NCBI RefSeq assembly: GCF_040111675.1
Contig: NZ_CP157794.1
Location: 4,694,444 to 4,758,443, forward strand
Direction of reading: 5' to 3'
Source: Salinarimonas sp.
GTDB taxonomy: Bacteria; Pseudomonadota; Alphaproteobacteria; Rhizobiales; Beijerinckiaceae
DNA length: 64,000 nucleotides
Every line of letters begins with the position of its first letter. Position 1 is the stretch's first letter. Below the pieces are notes generated by a model. The model ran no database searches, was not told where the DNA came from, and was given only the letters and a program-made list of their open reading frames with translations. Below, piece after piece: positions 26,021-35,307 of the stretch. The position numbers and the translations under genes are program-made.

Positions 26021-28458
26021 CGGAGCTGGCGATCCCCGCACCGCCTCCCTCCCGGGTCTCGCGCCTGCGCGGCGTGCAGAAGGCCGGGCTCGCCATGCTG
26101 GGCACGCTGCTGGCGCTCGTCGTCGTCGGGCCCTGGCTCCTCCCGCACGCGCCGGACGCGGTGGCCTGCCCCGGCTTCGCGCCGCCCTCGCCGGCCCATC
26201 CGCTGGGCTGCAACGACGTCGGCCAGGATCTGCTGGCGGGCATCCTCTCGGGCGGGCGCGTCTCGCTGGCGGTGGGGCTCGTCACCGCGACGCTCGCCAC
26301 CGCCTTCGCCGCGGCGCTCGCGATCGGCTCGGCCTGGCGCGGGGGGCTGTGGGACGTGATCGCCATGCGGGTCGTCGACGCGGTCATGGCGCTGCCCTTC
26401 CTGCCCCTCGTGATCGTGCTCTCGGCCTTCTTCGGCGCGTCCGTGACGGTGCAGATCGCCGTCCTGTGCCTCGTCCTGTGGACGCAGCCGGTGCGCGAGC
26501 TGCGCGCCCAGGCGAAGAGCCTCAGGACGGCCGACTACACCGACGCCGCCCGCGCCATGGGCGCGTCGGGCTGGCACGTCTGCACCCGCCACATCCTCCC
26601 CGAGCTCGCGCCGCTGATCGTGCCGCAATTCGTGCGCATCGCGCACGCCGCCATCCTCGCGGAGAGCGCGCTGAGCTTCCTCGGTCTCGGCGACGCCACC
26701 GCCAAGAGCTGGGGCACGATCCTCTTCCACGCCAATGCGCGCACCGCCTTCCTCACCGACGCCTGGCTCTGGTGGGTGCTGCCCCCCGGGCTCCTGATCG
26801 CGGCCTCGGTCGTCGCGCTGGCGCTGATCGGCCACGGCATCGGCGACCGCTACGCGGACGGCACGCTCCCCGCGACGCCGCGGTCGGGCGACCCGCGCCC
26901 GCGCCAGGGAGACGCCGCGATCGAGGTCGCGGGGCTGACGGTCGCCTATGCCGGACGGCCGGCGCTCGCGGACGTCTCGCTCGGCGTCGCCACCGGCGAG
27001 ACCGTGGGCCTGATCGGCGAGAGCGGATCGGGCAAGTCGACCCTCGCCATGACCGCGCTGCGCCTCCTGCCCCCGGCCGCCGAGATCCGCGCGGGCTCGG
27101 TCTGGCTCGGGGCGAAGGACGTGATGGACCTGCCGCCGGACGCGCTGCGCGCCCTGCGCGGCCGGCGCATCGCCCTCGTGCCGCAGGCGGCGATGGCGGC
27201 GCTGAACCCGGTGCGCAGCGTCGGCGCCCAGATCGCGGAGGCGGCGCGCGTCCACGGCCATCCCGACCCGCAGGCGCGCGCGCGGGACCTGATGGCGGAG
27301 GTCGAGCTTCCCGCCGATCGCCTCTCGGCCTATCCGCACGAGCTCTCCGGCGGCCAGCGCCAGCGCGTGGCCATCGCCATGGCGCTCGCCGCGGAGCCGG
27401 AGGTGCTGATCGCCGACGAGCCGACCACCGGCCTCGACGTCCTCGTCCAGAAGGCGATCCTCGATCTCCTGGCGCGGCTCTCGGCGGCGCGCGGACTCGC
27501 GGTGCTCTTCGTCACCCACGACTTGCCGATGATCGCGCGCCGCGCCGCGCGCCTCGCCATCCTGCAAGAGGGCCGGCTGGTCGAGACGGGGGAGCCGGCG
27601 GCGCTCGAGGCGTCGCCCCGGCACGGCCACACCCGCGCGCTCTTCGCCTCCGTGCTGCGCCTCGACGCGCCCAAGCGCTGGGCGCGGCCCGAGACGGAGG
27701 GGGAGGTCGTGCTGGAGGCGCGCGGGCTCGGCGTGACCTACGGCACCGGCCTCGCGCAGCGCCTGCGCGGCGCCGCGCCCGTCGAGGCGCTGCGCGACGT
27801 CTCGCTGAGCGTGCGCGACGGCGAGGTGGTGGGTCTCGTGGGCGCGTCGGGCTCCGGCAAGACGACGCTCGCCCGCGCGGCCCTCGGCCTCGTCCGACCG
27901 AGCGCGGGCGCGATCGACGTCGCGGGCGCGGCGCCGCGGCCGGGCGGGCCGGCGGCCATGGTCTTCCAGGATCCCTACCAGTCGCTGCGCCCCGCCATGA
28001 TCGTGGGCGACGCCGTCGGCGAGCCCCTCGCCATCGCCGGCGCGCCGCCGCAGGCCCGCCGCGCCGCAGTCCGCGCCGCCCTCGCGGACATGCGGCTGCC
28101 GAACGACGAGGCCTTCCTCGCCCGGCGCGTCGGCTCGCTCTCCGGCGGGCAGCGCCAGCGCCTCGCCATCGCCCGCGCGCTGGTGGCGCGGCCGCGGCTC
28201 CTGCTCGCGGACGAGCCGACCTCGATGCTCGACCAGTCGCTGCGCATGGACCTGCTGGGGACGCTGGAGGCGGCGCGCGCGGCCTACCGCCCCGGCATCC
28301 TCTTCATCACCCACGACCTCGCGCTCGCCTACCATTTCTGCGACCGGATCGCCGTGATGGAAGCCGGCCGCATCGTCGAGCACGGGCCCGCCGAGAGCCT
28401 GTGCCGCGCCCCCGCGCATCCCTATACACGCGCCCTGCTCGACGTCGCGGAGGCCTGA
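26017..28458 (+). CDS. fused ABC permease (DppC-like) plus two ABC ATPase domains (DppD/DppF-like)
   Basis: 813-aa ORF with an ATGA overlap. The N-terminal ~280 aa is polytopic permease. Two full nucleotide-binding domains follow (GESGSGKST...LSGGQRQRV...IADEPTTGLD and GASGSGKTT...LSGGQRQRL...LADEPTSMLD). Confidence 0.85.
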   Translation: MTELAIPAPPPSRVSRLRGVQKAGLAMLGTLLALVVVGPWLLPHAPDAVACPGFAPPSPAHPLGCNDVGQDLLAGILSGGRVSLAVGLVTATLATAFAAALAIGSAWRGGLWDVIAMRVVDAVMALPFLPLVIVLSAFFGASVTVQIAVLCLVLWTQPVRELRAQAKSLRTADYTDAARAMGASGWHVCTRHILPELAPLIVPQFVRIAHAAILAESALSFLGLGDATAKSWGTILFHANARTAFLTDAWLWWVLPPGLLIAASVVALALIGHGIGDRYADGTLPATPRSGDPRPRQGDAAIEVAGLTVAYAGRPALADVSLGVATGETVGLIGESGSGKSTLAMTALRLLPPAAEIRAGSVWLGAKDVMDLPPDALRALRGRRIALVPQAAMAALNPVRSVGAQIAEAARVHGHPDPQARARDLMAEVELPADRLSAYPHELSGGQRQRVAIAMALAAEPEVLIADEPTTGLDVLVQKAILDLLARLSAARGLAVLFVTHDLPMIARRAARLAILQEGRLVETGEPAALEASPRHGHTRALFASVLRLDAPKRWARPETEGEVVLEARGLGVTYGTGLAQRLRGAAPVEALRDVSLSVRDGEVVGLVGASGSGKTTLARAALGLVRPSAGAIDVAGAAPRPGGPAAMVFQDPYQSLRPAMIVGDAVGEPLAIAGAPPQARRAAVRAALADMRLPNDEAFLARRVGSLSGGQRQRLAIARALVARPRLLLADEPTSMLDQSLRMDLLGTLEAARAAYRPGILFITHDLALAYHFCDRIAVMEAGRIVEHGPAESLCRAPAHPYTRALLDVAEA

Positions 28459-29069
28459 TGCCGCGCGCTCTCGTCCTCGCCCTCGCGATCGCTCTTCTCG
28501 TCGCGCCGCCGGCCGCGGCCCACCAGCCGTCGGAGACCCTGCTGCGCACGGCGCTGGTGGAGCGCGGCTGGTTCCGCACGAGCGTCGTCGTGCGCCTGCC
28601 CGCGACGCTGCTCTACGCGGCCGCTGCCGCCGAACGCGCCCATCCGGGAGAGCCGGTGGAGGCGCCGCTCCTGATCGCCCGCCGGCAGGGCGCCGGATGG
28701 GACTACCGTCTCGACCCCGACGCCCCGCCGGAGGACCTCGCGCCCCTGCTCGAGCGCGCGCTCGCGGTGAAGATCGGCGGACGCGACGCACAGCTCGACG
28801 CGGTGAGGCTGCATCACGTCCGCCACGCGCCGCCCATCGGCGAGGACGCCGAGCCGGCGAACCTTGCAGACGCCCACCTCTCGGAGGTCCTCGTCGAGGC
28901 GCGCTACCGCGTCTGGGGCGGCGGGCCGGTCGTGCTCGCCTTCCCCGTCGACGACGTCACCCTGCCACCCTTCGTCCACCTCGAGACCGCGGTGGAGGAC
29001 CGGCGCACGGCCTCGACGCTGTGGCGCGTCGGCCCGCTCGCCGCACCCTTGGAGCTTCCCGCGCCATGA
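28458..29069 (+). CDS. secreted hypothetical protein
   Basis: ATG 28458 (1-nt overlap with the upstream stop) within ORF 26349-29069. It has a signal peptide (ALVLALAIALLVAPPAAAH). 203 aa. Confidence 0.6.
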   Translation: MPRALVLALAIALLVAPPAAAHQPSETLLRTALVERGWFRTSVVVRLPATLLYAAAAAERAHPGEPVEAPLLIARRQGAGWDYRLDPDAPPEDLAPLLERALAVKIGGRDAQLDAVRLHHVRHAPPIGEDAEPANLADAHLSEVLVEARYRVWGGGPVVLAFPVDDVTLPPFVHLETAVEDRRTASTLWRVGPLAAPLELPAP

Positions 29070-29689
29070 GCCACCTACCCGACACGCGAGCGATCTGGCT
29101 GCGCTCGGCCTTCGCCGACCCCTCCGAGGTCGTGCGCGCCGCCGAGGCGGCGGGCCGCCTCACCGTCCTCGCCGAGACGGAGCTGACCCGCGCGGCGCTG
29201 TTCGCGCATCGCGGGCTCGTCACCGGCATGCAGATCGACCAGGATCGCGCGCTCGGCTGGGCGGCGGACCTGCGCGACTGGCTCGCCGCCGGCGGGCGCT
29301 GGCTCTACAACGGGCACATGATGCGGCCGCTCCTCGCGGGGGCCGCGCCGTTCGTCCCGCTGGAGCGGCCCGGGCGGGCCGATTTCGTGCTCACCCGCCT
29401 CGCCGACCACCCGATCCTCGCCGGCATCGATCTCGACAAGCTCGAGGCCAATCGCGGCGTCGCGGGCTTCTACGGGCGCGGCCACAACCCGATGCCGGAG
29501 GGCGCCGTCGCGGTGACGGGGCTCGGCCCCGCCCGCATCCCGGTCGACTGGCATTGCGAGATCGGGGACGGCGCGGTCTTCAGCCATGCGGGCAACGACA
29601 TCTGGGCGGCGGGCCTGGAGCACGGGCTCGGCCCGGTCATCGCCGAGCGCTGCATCGCCTGGGCGGGAGGAGAGACGCCATGCGCCTGA
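29066..29689 (+). CDS. hypothetical protein, possibly ThuA-like / class I glutamine amidotransferase-like fold
   Basis: ATG 29066 (ATGA overlap) within ORF 28697-29689. 207 aa. It contains ADHPILAGIDL and looks paralogous to the next gene. Confidence 0.55.
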   Translation: MSHLPDTRAIWLRSAFADPSEVVRAAEAAGRLTVLAETELTRAALFAHRGLVTGMQIDQDRALGWAADLRDWLAAGGRWLYNGHMMRPLLAGAAPFVPLERPGRADFVLTRLADHPILAGIDLDKLEANRGVAGFYGRGHNPMPEGAVAVTGLGPARIPVDWHCEIGDGAVFSHAGNDIWAAGLEHGLGPVIAERCIAWAGGETPCA

Positions 29690-30330
29690 TCGCCACGACC
29701 TGCGGGACCCACTACCACATCGAGACCTTCGAGGGCGATCGCGCGCCGCTCGTCTGGGACGTCGTCGTGCCGCCGGAGCGGCTCGCCGAGGTGCTGCACC
29801 CCGAGGACACGCTGTTCGTCCCCTGCCGCAGCCCGGCCCAGCGGCTGATCGCCGTCGCGGAGACGATCCGCGCCCATCTCGACGGCGGCGGCGCGGTCGT
29901 CGCCATGGGCGAGAGCCGCTCCGACCTGTGGCTGCCGCATGTCGCCTTCACGCCGCGGCCGACGAACTGGTGGTGGTGGCTCGAGCCCGGCGCGGAGCTC
30001 GGCGTCGAGGTGACCGCGCCCGATCATCCGCTGTTGGCGGACCTCGAGCCGCGCGACGTGATCTGGCACCTGCACGGCCATTTCGACCCGCCCGCCGGGT
30101 CCGAGGTGCTGGTGCGCGACGCCGAGGGCCGCGCGCTCCTCTACGTCGACACCGTCTCGACGAACGGGCGCATGGTCGTCACCAGCCTCGACCCCTGCTT
30201 CCACCACGGCTCGCACTTCATGCCGGCGACGACCCGCTTCCTGGCGGGCTTCCTTCCCGCGCTCGGCGCCCTCGTGAAACAGGAGAGATCATGGACACGA
30301 TCACCGTCCGCGAGAACGGCGCGGACCTGA
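29680..30330 (+). CDS. hypothetical protein, distant paralogue of the preceding gene
   Basis: ATG 29680 after GGGAGGAGAG, within ORF 28864-30330. 216 aa. It contains APDHPLLADLE in the equivalent position. Confidence 0.55.
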   Translation: MRLIATTCGTHYHIETFEGDRAPLVWDVVVPPERLAEVLHPEDTLFVPCRSPAQRLIAVAETIRAHLDGGGAVVAMGESRSDLWLPHVAFTPRPTNWWWWLEPGAELGVEVTAPDHPLLADLEPRDVIWHLHGHFDPPAGSEVLVRDAEGRALLYVDTVSTNGRMVVTSLDPCFHHGSHFMPATTRFLAGFLPALGALVKQERSWTRSPSARTART

Positions 30331-30812
30331 CCTTCGGCTGGGAGGACCTGCTGCGCTACCACGGCGGCGGCTTTCCCGGCGGCGTCGTGCACGGGCTCAA
30401 GGCGATGCAGGCGGCCTTCCGGCTCCTCTCCGACGATCCGCCGGAGCGCCGCGAGATCGTGGTCGCGACCGCCTTCACCGGGCCCGGCGGGCGCGACGCG
30501 ATCGAGCACGTGACCCGCGCCCTGACCGACGGGCGCCTGACCGTCGATCGGAGCCTGGGCGGCGCTCATCCCATCGACGATCCGCCCGGCCCCTACCTCT
30601 TCCGCTTCGCCTATCGCGGGCGGCGGGTGGAGGCGACCGTGCTGCCCGGGCACGTACGGGCGGACTTCATCGCGCTCGGCGCGAAGCCCGACCGCAGCCC
30701 GGACGAGGAGGCGCGGCTCACGGCGCTGAAGGCCGAGATGGCGCAGCGCCTGCTGCCGCTCCCGGCGGACGCGGTCTACGCCGCACGCCTGCTCCCGCCC
30801 GCCACCGGCTGA
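30291..30812 (+). CDS. hypothetical protein with FmdE/FwdE-like sequence pattern (Cys ligands absent)
   Basis: ATG 30291 after AGGAGAG, within ORF 29586-30812. 173 aa. YHGGGFPGGVVHGLKAMQAAFRLL...VATAFTGPGGRDAIEHVTRALTDGRLTVD resembles the FHGHxCPGxxxG...C..DaiQ..tGct.Gk pattern of FmdE. Confidence 0.5.
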   Translation: MDTITVRENGADLTFGWEDLLRYHGGGFPGGVVHGLKAMQAAFRLLSDDPPERREIVVATAFTGPGGRDAIEHVTRALTDGRLTVDRSLGGAHPIDDPPGPYLFRFAYRGRRVEATVLPGHVRADFIALGAKPDRSPDEEARLTALKAEMAQRLLPLPADAVYAARLLPPATG

Positions 30813-30978
30813 GCGCGGCGCCCCTTACGCGGCAGCCGAGGTCTCGCCTGAACCCGGCTTACGACCGCTCTCGATGCGGTCGTCATCGTCACCCGACGAT
30901 TTGCCCCGCCCCGAAAGCTCGCCGAGAGACCAGGCCCGTGCCATAAGGCCGCGAAACGATCTTTCAGGCCGGCCATAG

Positions 30979-32601
30979 ATGATCCGCATCGAGAACGTCA
31001 CCAAGCAGAACAGCCACCGAATCCTTTTCATCGAGGCCTCCGCCACGCTCCAGCGGGCGGAGAAGGTCGGCCTCGTCGGCCCCAACGGGGCCGGCAAGAC
31101 CACGCTGTTCCGGATGATCACCCGGGAGGAGCAGCCCGACGAGGGGCAGGTCTCCGTCGATCGCGGGGTGTCGATCGGCTATTTCAGCCAGGACGTCGGC
31201 GAGATGGCGGGACGCAGCGCCGTCGCCGAGGTGATGGACGGCGCCGGACCCGTGAGCGCGGTCGCCGACGAGTTGCGGGAGCTCGAAGCCGCGATGGTCG
31301 ACCCCGACAGGGCCGACGAGCTGGAGGCGGTCGTCGAACGCTACGGCGAGGTGCAGGCCCGCTTCGAGGAGCTCGACGGCTATTCCCTCGACGGGCGTGC
31401 GCGCGAGGTTCTCGCCGGGTTGGGCTTCGGCGAGGAGATGATGGACGGCGACGTCGGCAAGCTGTCCGGGGGCTGGAAGATGCGCGTCGCGCTGGCCCGC
31501 ATTCTTCTGATGCGCCCGGACGTGATGCTGCTCGACGAGCCGAGCAACCATCTCGATCTCGAAAGCCTGATCTGGCTCGAAGCTTTCTTGAAGAGCTATC
31601 CCGGCGCGCTTCTGATGACCTCGCACGATCGCGCCTTCATGAACCGCGTGGTGGGCAAGATCATCGAGATCGACGGCGGGACGCTCACCAGCTATTCCGG
31701 CGACTACGAGTTCTACGAGGCGCAGCGCGCGCTGGCCGAGAAGCAGCAGCAGGCCCAGTTCGAGCGCCAGCAGGCGATGCTCGCCAAGGAGATCGCCTTC
31801 ATCGAACGCTTCAAGGCGCGCGCCTCCCACGCAGCCCAGGTGCAGAGCCGCGTGAAGAAGCTCGACAAGATCGATCGGGTGGAGCCGCCCCGGCGGCGCC
31901 AGGCCGTCGCGTTCGAGTTCAAGCCCGCGCCGCGCTCGGGGGACGACGTGATCAGCCTGAAGGGCGTCCACAAACGCTACGGCAGCCGGCGCATCTACGA
32001 GGGGCTCGACTTCGTCGTGCGCCGCAAGGAGCGCTGGTGCGTCATGGGCGTCAACGGCGCCGGCAAGTCGACACTGCTCAAGCTCGCCGCCGGCGCCATC
32101 GAGCCCGACGACGGGGCGGTGGCCATCGGCAGCAGCGTCAAGATGGGCTATTTCGCCCAGCACACGATGGAGGTGCTCGACGGCGACCGCACCGTGTTCC
32201 AGTCGCTCGAGGACGCCTTCCCGCAGGCCGGCCAGGGCTCGTTGCGCGCGCTCGCGGGATGTTTCGGCTTCTCGGGCGACGACGCCGAGAAGAAATGCCG
32301 GGTCCTCTCGGGTGGAGAGAAGGCGCGCCTCGTCATGGCCAAGATGCTGTTCGACCCGCCGAACCTGCTGGTGCTCGACGAGCCGACGAACCACCTGGAC
32401 ATCGCCACCAAGGAGATGCTCATCGCCGCCCTGGCGCGCTACGAGGGCACCATGCTGTTCGTCTCCCACGACCGCCACTTCCTGGCGGCGCTGTCGAACC
32501 GGGTGCTCGAGGTGACGCCAGACGGCGTGCACCAATATGCCGGCGGCTACAGCGAATACGTGGCAAGCACCGGGCACGAGGCGCCGGGCCTTCGCGGGTG
32601 A
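30979..32601 (+). CDS. ABC-F family ATPase (translation-associated, no membrane domain)
   Basis: 540-aa ORF with two ABC cassettes (GPNGAGKTT, LSGGWKMR; GVNGAGKST, LSGGEKAR) joined by a charged Q/E/K-rich linker. Confidence 0.9.
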   Translation: MIRIENVTKQNSHRILFIEASATLQRAEKVGLVGPNGAGKTTLFRMITREEQPDEGQVSVDRGVSIGYFSQDVGEMAGRSAVAEVMDGAGPVSAVADELRELEAAMVDPDRADELEAVVERYGEVQARFEELDGYSLDGRAREVLAGLGFGEEMMDGDVGKLSGGWKMRVALARILLMRPDVMLLDEPSNHLDLESLIWLEAFLKSYPGALLMTSHDRAFMNRVVGKIIEIDGGTLTSYSGDYEFYEAQRALAEKQQQAQFERQQAMLAKEIAFIERFKARASHAAQVQSRVKKLDKIDRVEPPRRRQAVAFEFKPAPRSGDDVISLKGVHKRYGSRRIYEGLDFVVRRKERWCVMGVNGAGKSTLLKLAAGAIEPDDGAVAIGSSVKMGYFAQHTMEVLDGDRTVFQSLEDAFPQAGQGSLRALAGCFGFSGDDAEKKCRVLSGGEKARLVMAKMLFDPPNLLVLDEPTNHLDIATKEMLIAALARYEGTMLFVSHDRHFLAALSNRVLEVTPDGVHQYAGGYSEYVASTGHEAPGLRG

Positions 32602-32860
32602 CGCGCGGCCCGCGACGGAGAGGAGCCGCGAGATCTCGACGGCTCTCGGCCCCAAGCGTCCGGCTCGCCAGCCGTTCGGCATGAGACTGATCCGGATCGT
32701 CGATCGGTCGCGTCGCGGCCCAGGCGACCGCATCCGCTGTTTCGTCGACCCCCACGGCAGGAGCGCGGGTGCGATCGGGCGCCCTCGCGACGGTGGCGCT
32801 TGAACCGCGGACCTCCGCGTGGTTCGCTCGCGTCGCCCCGAACGCGTCGCGAGCCGCCCC

Positions 32861-34189
32861 ATGCACCAGCTCCTCGTCGAAAACGCCCGCCTGCCAGACG
32901 GGACCGGTCCGGTCTCCATCGCGGTGCGCGAAGGAAGGATCGTCGCGATCGCTCCCGCGGTCGAGGGCGACGCGGAGCGCGTCGTCGACGCGGGCGGGCG
33001 GCTCGTGGCGCCCCCCTTCGTCGATCCGCATTTCCACATGGACGCGACGCTCTCGCTCGGGCTGCCCCGGCTCAACCGCTCGGGGACGCTGCTCGAGGGC
33101 ATCGCGCTGTGGGGCGAGCTCAAGCCGCACCTCACCGAGGAGGCGGTGATGGAGCGGGCGCTGCGCTATTGCGACATGGCGGCGGCGCGCGGCCTGCTCG
33201 CGATCCGCAGCCACGTCGACGTCTGCGACGAGCGCCTCGTCGCCGTGCGCGCCCTCCTCGAGGTGAGGAAGCGCGTCGCGCCCTGGATCGACCTCCAGCT
33301 CGTCGCCTTCCCCCAGGACGGGCTCTACCGCCACGAGCGGGGCGAGGCCGGGCTCCTCGCGGCGCTGGATCTCGGCGTCGACGTCGTGGGCGCGATCCCG
33401 CACTTCGAGCGCACGATGGAGGACGGCGCGGCCTCGCTGCGGCGCATCTGCGCCATCGCCGCCGAGCGGGGGCTCATGGTCGACGTCCATTGCGACGAGA
33501 CCGACGATCCGCTCTCGCGCCACGTCGAGACGCTCGCCGCCGAGACGGTCCGGCACGGCCTGCAGGGCCGCGTCGCCGGCTCGCACCTCACCTCGATGCA
33601 CTCGATGGACAATTACTACGCCTCGAAGCTGATCCCCTTGATCGCCGAGGCCGGCCTGCATGCGATCCCCAACCCGCTCATCAACATCACCCTCCAGGGC
33701 CGCTCCGACACCTATCCGCGCCGGCGCGGGCTCACCCGCATCCCGGAGCTGCGGGCGGCGGGCGTCAACGTGGCGCTGGGCCAGGACTGCACGATGGATC
33801 CCTGGTATCCGCTCGGCTCCGCCGACATGCTCGACGTCGCCCACATGGCGATCCACGCCGTGCCCATGACCTCGCGCGAGGCCATGCGCTTCGCCTTCGA
33901 CGCGGTCACGGTGAACGGCGCGCGGGCGATGGGCTTGGCCGACCCGACGCTGCGGGTCGGCGGGCCCGCGCGCTTCGTCGTGCTCGACGCGCGCGATCCG
34001 ATCGAGGCGATCCGCCTGCGCGCGAGCCGTCTCGCGGTGGTGCGCGACGGGCGCGTGATCGCGCAGGAGCCCGCGCGCGCGGTCCGGCTCGATCTGCCCG
34101 GCCGTCCGGAGACGATCGCGCTCGCCGACTACGCGCCCGCCGCCGAGGATCGGCAGGAGGACTGGAACCGGGACGCCGCCCGTCCTTGA
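32861..34189 (+). CDS. codA: cytosine deaminase-like amidohydrolase
   Basis: ATG 32861 (MHQLLVENARLPDG...) within ORF 32819-34189. The metal-ligand pattern is PFVDPHFHMD, SHVD, VHCDE, GQDCTMDPWYPLG. Confidence 0.8.
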   Translation: MHQLLVENARLPDGTGPVSIAVREGRIVAIAPAVEGDAERVVDAGGRLVAPPFVDPHFHMDATLSLGLPRLNRSGTLLEGIALWGELKPHLTEEAVMERALRYCDMAAARGLLAIRSHVDVCDERLVAVRALLEVRKRVAPWIDLQLVAFPQDGLYRHERGEAGLLAALDLGVDVVGAIPHFERTMEDGAASLRRICAIAAERGLMVDVHCDETDDPLSRHVETLAAETVRHGLQGRVAGSHLTSMHSMDNYYASKLIPLIAEAGLHAIPNPLINITLQGRSDTYPRRRGLTRIPELRAAGVNVALGQDCTMDPWYPLGSADMLDVAHMAIHAVPMTSREAMRFAFDAVTVNGARAMGLADPTLRVGGPARFVVLDARDPIEAIRLRASRLAVVRDGRVIAQEPARAVRLDLPGRPETIALADYAPAAEDRQEDWNRDAARP

Positions 34190-34295
34190 CAACGCCGCGC
34201 GGCTGGCCTCCGACTTGCCTTGCGACATGAACCCTGCCGCTACGTCAGTGGCGGCGCCCGCCGTACCCCGTTCCCGACGAAGAGGTCGCAAAGCC

Positions 34296-35279
34296 ATGAG
34301 CATCCGCCCCACCCGCCGCCACGTCCTCGTCGGCGCTACCGCGATCCTCGCCCTGCCGGCGAGCCTGCGCGTCGCGCAGGCCCAGGCCCCCGTCAAGGTG
34401 GCCGGCGTCCACGCCTCGCCCGTCGAGAACGCCTGGAATTCCCGCATCCACGAGGCGATGCGCCAGGCCGCCGCCGACGGCCTGATCGAGTACACCTTCT
34501 CCGAAGGCGTCTCCGCGACCGATTACCCGCGCGTGATGCGCGAGTTCGCGGAGAGCGGCGTCGACCTGGTCTGGGGCGAGAGCTACGCGGTCGAGCGCGA
34601 GGCGCGCCAGGTCGCGGCCGACTATCCGGACGTCGCCTTCCTGATGGGCTCCTCCGGTGAGCCGGCCGGCGACAATTTCGGCGTTTTCGGCACCTACAAT
34701 CACGAAGCCGCCTATCTCGCGGGCATGCTCGCCGGCCCGATGTCGGAGACCGGCGTGTTCGGGTCCGTCGGCGGCTATCCGATCCCCGAGGTGAACCTGC
34801 TGATCAACGCCTACCGCGCCGGCGTGCTGGAGACGCGCCCCGACGCGCGCTTCCTGAACGGCTTCATCGGCGCCTGGTTCGACCCGGCCAAGGCCAAGGA
34901 AGCGGCCTTCGCGCAGATCGACGCGGGCGCGGACATCCTCTTCGGCGAGCGCATCGGCACCGCGGACGCGGCGCAGGAGCGCGGCGTGAAGGCGATCGGC
35001 TCGCTCCTCGACTACACCCCGCGCTATCCCGACACCGTCTTCGCCAGCGCGGTCTGGAACTACCGTCCGACCATCGAGGCCGTCGTCGCGGACATCCGCG
35101 CGGGCCGGCCGGTCGGACGCGACTACACCGAGTTCTCCTTCATGCAGCATGGCGGCAACGAGCTCGTCTACGAGGCCGGGATGGTGCCCGACGACGCGAT
35201 CCCGCCGATGGAGGCGCGCCGCTCCGCGATCCAGGCCGGCGACTTCGAGGTGCCGATCGTCACCACCGAGCCTTCCTGA
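34296..35279 (+). CDS. BMP-family (Med/PnrA-like) ABC substrate-binding protein, Tat-type signal
   Basis: ATG 34296 (MSIRPTRRHVLVGATAILALP...) within ORF 34215-35279. BMP lipoprotein-family pattern. Confidence 0.85.
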   Translation: MSIRPTRRHVLVGATAILALPASLRVAQAQAPVKVAGVHASPVENAWNSRIHEAMRQAAADGLIEYTFSEGVSATDYPRVMREFAESGVDLVWGESYAVEREARQVAADYPDVAFLMGSSGEPAGDNFGVFGTYNHEAAYLAGMLAGPMSETGVFGSVGGYPIPEVNLLINAYRAGVLETRPDARFLNGFIGAWFDPAKAKEAAFAQIDAGADILFGERIGTADAAQERGVKAIGSLLDYTPRYPDTVFASAVWNYRPTIEAVVADIRAGRPVGRDYTEFSFMQHGGNELVYEAGMVPDDAIPPMEARRSAIQAGDFEVPIVTTEPS

Positions 35280-35307
35280 TCCGAGCCGGCATCGCGGGGG
35301 GACGGGC

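Noticed and set aside
25987-28791. 934-aa minus-strand ORF and the 906-aa plus-strand ORF 26349-29069 (except its last 203 codons)
   Set aside because: These are antisense or off-frame shadows of the fused ABC gene. Only the C-terminal part of 26349-29069, from ATG 28458, has a signal peptide and normal composition.
32794-32827. tRNA-like fragment (TGGCGCTTGAACCGCGGACCTCCGCGTGGTTCGC, resembling the reverse complement of a T-arm/anticodon-arm region)
   Set aside because: The acceptor and T stems do not pair, and no full cloverleaf can be drawn. At most it is a decayed tRNA remnant. No integrase or direct repeat is nearby.
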